A stretch of 32,000 bases of DNA, taken from the NCBI GenBank assembly GCA_001695645.1, contig LVZN01000023.1, positions 90,001-122,000 of the forward strand. Direction: 5' to 3'. Position numbers and translations under genes: made by a program. Below are positions 25,987-32,000 of this stretch, in pieces. Source of the DNA: Erysipelotrichaceae bacterium MTC7. Its GTDB lineage: Bacteria > Bacillota_I > Bacilli_A > Erysipelotrichales > Erysipelotrichaceae. Under the pieces are notes generated by a model. It was not told the DNA's origin. It made no database searches and saw only the letters and a list, made by a program, of their open reading frames with translations. How positions within the stretch are numbered: position 1 is the stretch's first letter; every line of letters begins with the position of its first letter.

Positions 25987-26006
25987 TGTATTAACATATT
26001 AATACA
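25987..26006. promoter_or_regulatory. Perfect 8-4-8 palindrome TGTATTAA-cata-TTAATACA; candidate operator of the operon-encoded GntR regulator.
   Basis: Read directly from the sequence, 12 nt upstream of the ABC ATPase start codon in the divergent ABC/birA intergenic region. GntR-family operators typically have GT...AC inverted repeats. Confidence 0.5.
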
Positions 26007-26043
26007 CTTAAGAAAACAAGTCAATATATGCTATAATTATTGT

Positions 26044-26877
26044 ATGAAAATTGATGCAAACCAGCTAAAAAAACAACTGAATCCGTTTTTTACGATTGTC
26101 GAATCCTATGAAACCATCAGTTCCACAAATGATTTACTCAAACAAGTGGCAACGACATTTCCAGAGGGAACCCTTTTTATAGCAAACGAGCAAACCAAAG
26201 GAAAAGGCAGAAACGGGCGTGATTTTTTATCAAAAGCTGACAAAGGACTCTACATGTCGATTCTCTTAAAACCAAACCTGGAACTTAAAGCCAGTTTAAC
26301 CATTACCGCTTGTGCTGCTGTCGCAGTAGCAAAAGCGATTGAATCTTTGTATGGCCATGTCATTCAAATCAAATGGATTAACGATTTGATTTGCAATCAG
26401 TTAAAGCTTGGTGGTATTTTAGTAGAAAGTGGTTTGCAAGCAAATAAGCAACAAGTCGATTATTTTGTTGTGGGAATTGGTCTTAACGTTTACCATCAAG
26501 ACTTTTTAGCACCACTTGATCAAATTGCAACAACCTTAGAGGACCAAATTGGCACAGTTGACCGTTTTAAGCTAGCTGTGGCCATCTTAAACAACTTTAT
26601 AACAGAATATCAGCGGATGGAAACTAACGCTTGGCACAAGCCTTATTTGAAGTATTCCAATGTGTACCATCAAACCATTCGGGTCCTAGCAAACCCTGCT
26701 TACGATGCATATGTGGAAGATATTGATTGTTATGGACAGTTGCATGTCATCAAAGAAGATCAAAGCAAAGAGATTATCAATTCAGGCGAAATCAGCATCC
26801 GCCTTGTAGAGGAGTCATCATTAATAAAAAACAACTATTGGAAAATGGATACCGCGAATACCGTGGTAAAGATGTAA
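26044..26877 (+). CDS. birA: Biotin--[acetyl-CoA-carboxylase] ligase, group I (no N-terminal HTH).
   Basis: ...ISSTNDLLKQ..., the GKGRNGRDF motif (a GRGRxGR variant), KWINDL and GILVE. There is no SD: a TATAAT box ends 6 nt before the ATG. Confidence 0.85.
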   Translation: MKIDANQLKKQLNPFFTIVESYETISSTNDLLKQVATTFPEGTLFIANEQTKGKGRNGRDFLSKADKGLYMSILLKPNLELKASLTITACAAVAVAKAIESLYGHVIQIKWINDLICNQLKLGGILVESGLQANKQQVDYFVVGIGLNVYHQDFLAPLDQIATTLEDQIGTVDRFKLAVAILNNFITEYQRMETNAWHKPYLKYSNVYHQTIRVLANPAYDAYVEDIDCYGQLHVIKEDQSKEIINSGEISIRLVEESSLIKNNYWKMDTANTVVKM

Positions 26878-27065
26878 ACGTATATTTTAAACTTTCGCTA
26901 TGCACGCACTCGGCCCATTGCGTAAGAAGCAATAAAGACGTATTTAAAGTCTGTCGTAGACCTTGGATTTTACCAGATAACGGACAAACAGAGGAAGTTA
27001 TCCGGATTGTGGATGGTTGTCCTTCTGGTGCCTTACAATACCTTTTGAAAGAAGAGGCAGTCTAA
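26820..27065 (+). CDS. YjdI-like divergent 4Fe-4S mono-cluster (Fer4_19-type) small protein. The start is uncertain: ATT 26820 or TTG 26838.
   Basis: ...GYREYRGKDVNVYFKLSLCTHSAHCVRSNKDVFKVCRRPWILPDNGQTEEVIRIVDGCPSGALQY matches the C-x-H-x2-C...CPSGAL pattern of this family. The track ATG (26727) would add about 30 residues of out-of-frame birA sequence. SD GAGGAG is at 26809..26814. Confidence 0.7.
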   Translation: MNKKQLLENGYREYRGKDVNVYFKLSLCTHSAHCVRSNKDVFKVCRRPWILPDNGQTEEVIRIVDGCPSGALQYLLKEEAV

Positions 27066-27067
27066 GT

Positions 27068-27616
27068 ATGTATGTAAAAAAACAACACATCCGCATATTA
27101 CGAGCAGTTGGAATTGTTAGCTTGCTTATTTGGATGTATGTGATTTATTCATTTAGTGCAGATAGTGGAAATACTTCAAGTGCCTTAAGTGGTAATGTTG
27201 TAAAAATGTTTTACCAAATCGTGGAACTCATTACTGGCAAAGACTTATATCAAAGTCTATCGCCAAGTCATCTTGCTCTTGTCGAATACGTTTTTCGCAA
27301 GCTTGCGCATATGTTCATCTTCTTTGTCTTATGTGTAAATGCTATGTGCATCATGTTTACGTTTCCCATCGCAATGCCTTTACGCATCATTGGAGCATTA
27401 TCCTTCAGTTTTGTTTATGCATGCTTTGATGAATTTCACCAACTGACCGTTGCCGGCCGAGCAGGACAATTCAAAGATGTCCTAATTGACACCAGTGGTG
27501 CACTGATTGGCATTATCTTCTCGCTCTTACTTTATTGCGTGATTTACACCATCTATCAAAAACGCATGGTCAAAACCTATGGAAGTATCGATCCTTCAAA
27601 ACTTGAAAGAAAATAA
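27068..27616 (+). CDS. VanZ-family membrane protein.
   Basis: The start is moved to ATG 27068 (MYVKKQHIRILRAVGIVSLLIW...), 2 nt after the upstream stop. VanZ motifs are FRKLAHMFIFFVL and DEFHQ......R....DVLIDTSGALIG. Confidence 0.85.
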   Translation: MYVKKQHIRILRAVGIVSLLIWMYVIYSFSADSGNTSSALSGNVVKMFYQIVELITGKDLYQSLSPSHLALVEYVFRKLAHMFIFFVLCVNAMCIMFTFPIAMPLRIIGALSFSFVYACFDEFHQLTVAGRAGQFKDVLIDTSGALIGIIFSLLLYCVIYTIYQKRMVKTYGSIDPSKLERK

Positions 27617-27642
27617 AAACAGCAACCGAAATTGCTGTTTTT
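27615..27642. terminator. Bidirectional rho-independent terminator.
   Basis: aaaa-acagcaa-ccgaaa-ttgctgt-tttt, located immediately after the vanZ stop. Confidence 0.75.
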
Positions 27643-27739
27643 ATTCTTTATTGGCTTTATAAAAGAAGGTAAAGAGTAAACAACCAAAGCCAATAAACAC
27701 ACACAAGGAAAGTATCTCATCCACATGTAGCATATGCAT
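27641..27739 (-). CDS. Candidate 32-aa single-TM small protein (MHMLHVDEILSLCVFIGFGCLLFTFFYKANKE).
   Basis: It has its own promoter-like elements: TTGTTT (27795..27790), a 16-nt spacer and TGTAAAAT (-10 at 27773..27768). SD AAGGAG (27755..27750) lies 10 nt before the ATG. The stop abuts the bidirectional terminator. Not in the ORF track because it is too short. Confidence 0.35.
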   Translation of the reverse strand: MHMLHVDEILSLCVFIGFGCLLFTFFYKANKE

Positions 27740-27845
27740 ACCATCCACACTCCTTCCACACACTTACATTTTACAATTCCATCGTTTTTAAACAAAGCGA
27801 GACAATGGATATATTATGCTTATAATAAGCAAAAAGAAACAAAAC

Positions 27846-28586
27846 TTACGCCTTGTTTCTTTGTCGATAATATTCATTCAATGCAATCAAAGCGATGACA
27901 CAAATTGTCGCAAAGCCAATGCAAACATAACGCGTTGGACTAATCGTTTGATTCTCGCTTTTTCCGATGGTAATATAATCTTCTTTTAACTGTACATCAA
28001 GTGCATTATCAGTACACGCATGATCAAGTTGTTCACACACCTTGGTTTTACCAGGAGAAACAAAAGAGATATCACCCTCATCTACAACTACAACAGAATC
28101 ATCCAAACTCATCCAGTTGCTGGCACTTTTGTAACGATCAGCACTTTCATTTCGAATCATAAAATTATCTACTTCCAAATGTGGATGTAAGTCTTGCAAA
28201 TTAACATCTTCATGTTCCACAATAATCGTATACTTGGCGAGTTCTAAATCGTTTTGCGAAAGCACTTGAAGTTGGACACTTCCTTGCTGTAACGCTTGAA
28301 TCCAGCCACCTTGCACGATTTGAATCGTCTTCTCATTTGACAGTTTAAAATGCAACGTCTTTAAATCATACTCAGGAAATTCTTTTTGCACAAATTGAAA
28401 GTTTTTTCCAACCTTCGTCACTACATACATTTCGTTTCGTTCAGGCAGGCGATAGCCAACCTTTTGTTTTGCCTCCACGACATCAACAGCTTCATTTACA
28501 GACCCCTCGTCCATTGAAAACGCTGTCGTTGCACACATGGGTAAAGAAAGCGCAAAGAGTGCTTTCAGTATCGCAAGCTTTGTCAT
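27846..28586 (-). CDS. Secreted, C-terminally membrane-anchored protein with Ig-like (Big_2-like) segments; function unknown.
   Basis: The start is moved to ATG 28586 (SD GGAGGGG), giving the signal peptide MTKLAILKALFALSLPMCATTAFS. Segments such as TIQIVQGGWIQALQQGSVQLQVLS resemble Big_2. The C-terminal TM is YVCIGFATICVIALIAL followed by YYRQRNKA. Confidence 0.7.
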   Translation of the reverse strand: MTKLAILKALFALSLPMCATTAFSMDEGSVNEAVDVVEAKQKVGYRLPERNEMYVVTKVGKNFQFVQKEFPEYDLKTLHFKLSNEKTIQIVQGGWIQALQQGSVQLQVLSQNDLELAKYTIIVEHEDVNLQDLHPHLEVDNFMIRNESADRYKSASNWMSLDDSVVVVDEGDISFVSPGKTKVCEQLDHACTDNALDVQLKEDYITIGKSENQTISPTRYVCIGFATICVIALIALNEYYRQRNKA

Positions 28587-28630
28587 TCGTACGTTCCCCT
28601 CCGTTTTATCTAAATACCCTAACAAAGAGT

Positions 28631-28659
28631 ATTGTACCAAATCTGTATTTACTTATCAA
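28631..28659 (-). promoter_or_regulatory. Sigma-A-type promoter of the 246-aa surface-protein gene.
   Basis: The minus strand reads TTGATA (28659..28654), a 17-nt spacer, then TGgTACAAT (-10 at 28636..28631). Confidence 0.55.
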
Positions 28660-28686
28660 TTATAATAATCATTATTTGTATGTAAA

Positions 28687-28718
28687 TTAACACACCAAAA
28701 AAAGAAGCTAGTTGTTAG
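28687..28718 (-). terminator. Rho-independent terminator of the LRR-protein gene.
   Basis: aagaagctag-ttgtt-agctaacttctt: a hairpin with one mismatch, followed on the minus strand by T7. Confidence 0.7.
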
Positions 28719-28739
28719 CTAACTTCTTGCTTATTCTGT

Positions 28740-30326
28740 CTACATCTTACTTAGGCGTTTGCGTGTTTTAAGCACTCCCCATAACGACAGCAATCCCAAC
28801 AACACATAGAATCCTTGGTTGGTTGTATCGCCTGTTATTGGTGCGGTTGCTGCATTGCTAGTGTCAACAACTGGTGCAACCACTGTTGTATCTGTGGAAG
28901 TTCCCATGTCAGTTGCGTCACCCTTGTTTGCAGTATCACCACTGTCAGTTGTTTCCTCACCTTTATCCGGCAATTCTTCTTCCTCTACTTTTTCAACAAA
29001 AGTTGGATAGACACGAAGATACTGTGAACGATGTTTAGCAGTCCTATCTCCCATCATTTCATCAGTAATATCTGTTTCAGAATCTGTTGATCCTTCAAAT
29101 ACATAATAATCATAGTAAAAATCTTTCACTGCTGTTTCAAAGTCATCGCCTTTATACATTAACTTACCGTCTTTGACAACGAAATCTGGGTTGGATAGTG
29201 TTATACGTTCGATATTTAAACCATCTGGCAAGTCAACGACATAATCATCATCGTTCTTTGTATAAGACAGTGTCGTTGTGTTTTTCTCAACTGTAGTATA
29301 ATTAAAATCAAAATCTGCAAGTCTTTCTTCATCGATAAAATAAATTAATTTTTCCAGTATATTTTCAGGTACATATGATATATTTGTCCCTCCATTAACA
29401 AAAACAATATTATTTACATCACTCAATTTCTCAAACTCAAATGCTGAAAACTTTACGTTTAAAAAGAAAACTTCCAATATATCTGCTTCAAGTTTGCTTA
29501 GCCGCAAATCAACCAAATCAATCATACTCAAGTTCAAATAATCAATTTTACTTTGTTTTGACAAATCCAATTTTGACAAGTTTGGAGCATTTTGAATATT
29601 CAAAGTGACAACTGCACTCTGCGAAGGTTGGATAATTTCCTCTAAACCCATAACATCATAAAGTACTATATTGTCCAAGTGATTGTTCGTTTGGAAATCC
29701 AGTTTTGAAAGTTTTTCCACATTGTACAAATGAAAATCCATGAGACTTACATCTCCTTCAACACTAATCTCTTGGATGTTCTTTGCATTTTGCACATATA
29801 CTTCTTCTAATTTCGGATTATTACTCAGATTCAATATCTCCAAGTTTAACATTGTTTGAATATCAATCATTTTAAACTTTTTGTTTTGACTGATATTCAA
29901 TTTTTCCAAAGCAGGTAAATCAGACAGATTCAACGAAATTAACTCATCTTGGTTTGTTACGGTAAGACTTTCTAAATTCTCCAATTCCTGAAGATAAATA
30001 TTATCTATCATTACTGAAGTCGATAAATTTATTTCAACTAGATTAGGTAAATCCTTAACATTTAGTTCGATAAGATTTGAAAAACACTCAAGTCCTTTTA
30101 GCGAAGTGATGTCATCAAGTAAATCATCGTTTCCATCACCTTTACCAATTGTTAATTCTGTATCTTCATATGTAAACCCAACAGTATCTAACCATGCTTC
30201 AAAATCTTGATCGATTTGACAAGTTGCTGCATCTTTTGCTTCATCATTTTTTAAGTTCACCTCTTGTGGTGATAGCATTCCAAGTGCCATTGGTATACTT
30301 AATAAACACAATAAAACTTTATTCAT
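28740..30326 (-). CDS. Leucine-rich-repeat (internalin-like) cell-surface protein with a sorting-signal-like C-terminus.
   Basis: Signal peptide MNKVLLCLLSIPMALGML. About 10-12 consecutive ~22-aa LRRs are present (e.g. LIELNVKDLPNLVEINLSTSVM, LISLNLSDLPALEKLNISQNKK, FKMIDIQTMLNLEILNLSNNPK). The C-terminus is APITGDTTN, a hydrophobic segment, then KTRKRLSKM. SD GAGGAGAG. Confidence 0.85.
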   Translation of the reverse strand: MNKVLLCLLSIPMALGMLSPQEVNLKNDEAKDAATCQIDQDFEAWLDTVGFTYEDTELTIGKGDGNDDLLDDITSLKGLECFSNLIELNVKDLPNLVEINLSTSVMIDNIYLQELENLESLTVTNQDELISLNLSDLPALEKLNISQNKKFKMIDIQTMLNLEILNLSNNPKLEEVYVQNAKNIQEISVEGDVSLMDFHLYNVEKLSKLDFQTNNHLDNIVLYDVMGLEEIIQPSQSAVVTLNIQNAPNLSKLDLSKQSKIDYLNLSMIDLVDLRLSKLEADILEVFFLNVKFSAFEFEKLSDVNNIVFVNGGTNISYVPENILEKLIYFIDEERLADFDFNYTTVEKNTTTLSYTKNDDDYVVDLPDGLNIERITLSNPDFVVKDGKLMYKGDDFETAVKDFYYDYYVFEGSTDSETDITDEMMGDRTAKHRSQYLRVYPTFVEKVEEEELPDKGEETTDSGDTANKGDATDMGTSTDTTVVAPVVDTSNAATAPITGDTTNQGFYVLLGLLSLWGVLKTRKRLSKM

Positions 30327-30640
30327 TTCTTTCTCTCCTCTATTTTTTTAAACAATACACAGTTCACGTTACAACAGTAACGTATTATAAACACTACCTT
30401 TTTAGTTACCCTCTCCTTTTCACACACGAAAAATATTCTCAACAAACTGTCCAATATACACATCTCAACTAGATGTACGTTATTATGTTCAGTTTGATTT
30501 TCCACATGTATTTTACCATAACATGCCAATGCAACCTAAGCACAGGCACTAAAAACCAAAATGAATGTCATGAATCGCGTGTTTATTGCCATTTTCGTTC
30601 CATTATGACAGGAATCGACATCTAACTCTACAGGCAAATA

Positions 30641-30664
30641 CAAAAAAGACATATTCCTATGCCT
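30641..30664 (-). terminator. Probable rho-independent terminator of fabZ-acpS-plsC.
   Basis: The minus strand reads aggcata-ggaa-tatgtct (7 bp, one G-U) followed by TTTTTT. It overlaps the plsC stop. Confidence 0.5.
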
Positions 30665-31346
30665 CTTTGTAAATAATATTCTTTTCGATTTGTTGGTAAA
30701 TGTAATCACTTACCGCTTGTTTGTCTTTACCTTGATACATTTCGTATGTGATTGGTGTTCCAAAAGTAACCGAAATATCTTTGTTTTTGTCCTTTTTGTC
30801 ATCAATGCAATACGCATTGTTTAACGTGATAGGAACAATCGTTGCCTTCGCCATAAATGCAGGTTGTAAAGCACCTGCTTTAAAAGGATTCATCGCATCG
30901 TGACGCGAACGTGTTCCTTCTGGAAAAATCAGCAGTCGTCGACCTTGTTTGAGTCGTCTAGCTGCTTCGCGAAGCATGTAGACATTTCCTTCACGAGTTT
31001 CGTGATCAAAATGGATTACATCCAAAACGCGGGCAATCCGCCCAAAGATTGGTAACTTTTCGTTTTTCTTTTTTGAAATAAATGCTAACGGATAGGGACA
31101 ACTTGCAATGATTGGAACTGGATCAAGGGTTCCTTGGTGATTGGAAACAAATAGAATCGCTCCTTCACTTGGAATGTTTTCTTGTCCATAGACATGCAGG
31201 TTATAACCCATGACTTTTAACAGTCGTTTGCTTTGTAAGGAAAACGTGCGATAGCGCAAAGCAATACTTTTGTTGCGCTGTACAATCGCAGAAAACCATG
31301 CAATTGGTAAGAGAGGTAAGACTTTAATCATTTGCCAAATACTCAT
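30657..31346 (-). CDS. plsC: 1-acyl-sn-glycerol-3-phosphate acyltransferase.
   Basis: The HX4D motif is SNHQGTLD and the block III motif is FPEGTRS. There is an N-terminal membrane segment. Confidence 0.9.
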   Translation of the reverse strand: MSIWQMIKVLPLLPIAWFSAIVQRNKSIALRYRTFSLQSKRLLKVMGYNLHVYGQENIPSEGAILFVSNHQGTLDPVPIIASCPYPLAFISKKKNEKLPIFGRIARVLDVIHFDHETREGNVYMLREAARRLKQGRRLLIFPEGTRSRHDAMNPFKAGALQPAFMAKATIVPITLNNAYCIDDKKDKNKDISVTFGTPITYEMYQGKDKQAVSDYIYQQIEKNIIYKEA

Positions 31347-31347
31347 G

Positions 31348-31683
31348 TTAAGACTCCTTTTCCCAAATTGCGTATGCTATTGCAACATCCTGCTCATGTG
31401 CGATGGATATATGAATTGTATATCCATCGACAGAACAAACAGGCTTGCCATTTTCATCGTTGAGAATTTCAATGTTTGTGATGAGTTTCATTTCATTACA
31501 TGCTTTAAAGATCGCTTCTTTCGCGGCAAAGCGACCAGCAAGAAATTCTTGTTTTCGTTGTTTATTTTTCAAGGTGTTGTAGAGCTCAAGTTCTTTTGCT
31601 GAAAGTATTTTAGCAGCAAGTGCTTCTTGATTTTGCTCCAATCTAGAAATCTCAACGATGTCACAGCCGATTCCGGCAATCAT
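31348..31683 (-). CDS. acpS: Holo-[acyl-carrier-protein] synthase.
   Basis: MIAGIGCDIVEISRLE..., ...FAAKEAIFKA..., ...ISIAHEQDVAIAYAI. 111 aa. Confidence 0.9.
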   Translation of the reverse strand: MIAGIGCDIVEISRLEQNQEALAAKILSAKELELYNTLKNKQRKQEFLAGRFAAKEAIFKACNEMKLITNIEILNDENGKPVCSVDGYTIHISIAHEQDVAIAYAIWEKES

Positions 31684-31684
31684 G

Positions 31685-32000
31685 TTATGCTCCTACAGCA
31701 CACATGATTTCACCCTTCACTGCTACTTTGCCAGCAACTGTGGCTTCGACATCAGCGAAGTAAATTCCAGCGCGCTCATTGGTTAAAGTAACTTTTAGGG
31801 TTAAGACATCTCCAGGGATCACTTGTTGTTTAAAACGAAGTTTATTGATTCCCGCAAAGTAACCAATTTTCCCTTTGTTTTCTTCTTTCGATAAAAGTAA
31901 GACACATCCCGTTTGGGCAAGCGCTTCAACAATGAGCACCCCAGGCATCACGTGTTTTTCTGGGAAGTGACCAAGAAAGTGCATTTCATTTGTACTTACG
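31685..32000 (-). CDS. fabZ: 3-hydroxyacyl-ACP dehydratase FabZ (C-terminal part; the N-terminus lies beyond the window).
   Basis: ...HFPEKHVMPGVLIVEALAQTG...GYFAGINKLRFKQQVIPGD... The reading frame stays open to the window edge, so the track's Met is internal. Confidence 0.9.
   Translation of the reverse strand, partial: VSTNEMHFLGHFPEKHVMPGVLIVEALAQTGCVLLLSKEENKGKIGYFAGINKLRFKQQVIPGDVLTLKVTLTNERAGIYFADVEATVAGKVAVKGEIMCAVGA

Noticed and set aside
27577-27795. A 72-aa minus-strand track ORF that overlaps the vanZ 3' end.
   Set aside because: It reads through the bidirectional terminator hairpin into convergent vanZ coding sequence and is Cys/Phe-rich. The shorter 32-codon frame that ends at the terminator is the better candidate.
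30323-30529. A 68-aa minus-strand upstream ORF that ends in an ATGA overlap with the LRR gene start.
   Set aside because: Its ATG lies upstream of, and overlaps, the only plausible -10 element (TGgTAAAAT, 30510..30515). It has no SD and an implausible Cys/Val/Asn-rich composition.

Overview
This looks like a low-GC Firmicute chromosomal window, judging by two T-box leaders, strong GGAGG-type Shine-Dalgarno (SD) sites and an AUU-start infC. Most genes are on the minus strand. Core genes include a RidA-like gene, a CNNM/CorC transporter, asnB, gdhA, an M23 peptidase, trmL, rdgB, azlCD, infC-rpmI-rplT, a GntR/ABC module, birA, a VanZ gene and fabZ-acpS-plsC. Interleaved with them are five cell-surface protein genes, most with their own candidate promoter and/or terminator: a YDG-repeat adhesin (1..3760, absent from the ORF track), a 4-repeat protein, a Cna-B-repeat protein, a small Ig-like protein and an LRR protein. 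I saw no rRNA, tRNA, CRISPR array, transposase, integrase or recognisable defence or mobile system, so I cannot point to a clear novel multi-gene system. The observations most worth follow-up are: (1) ribosomal protein L20 with a ~97-aa Ala/Lys/Pro histone-H1-like tail encoded by 51-nt tandem repeats; (2) a RidA homologue ending in a Cys/Gly/His-rich tail; (3) a T-box whose specifier reads AUG (Met) upstream of azlCD; (4) a shared non-LPXTG sorting-signal-like motif, PxT[G/R]DT[T/S]N, on three surface proteins; (5) two probable leaderless mRNAs; (6) a YjdI-like gene that overlaps birA and probably uses a non-ATG start; (7) a promoter-SD-32-codon-terminator mini-gene. Several ORF-track starts are N-terminally over-extended into riboswitch or leader sequence and are corrected in the feature list.
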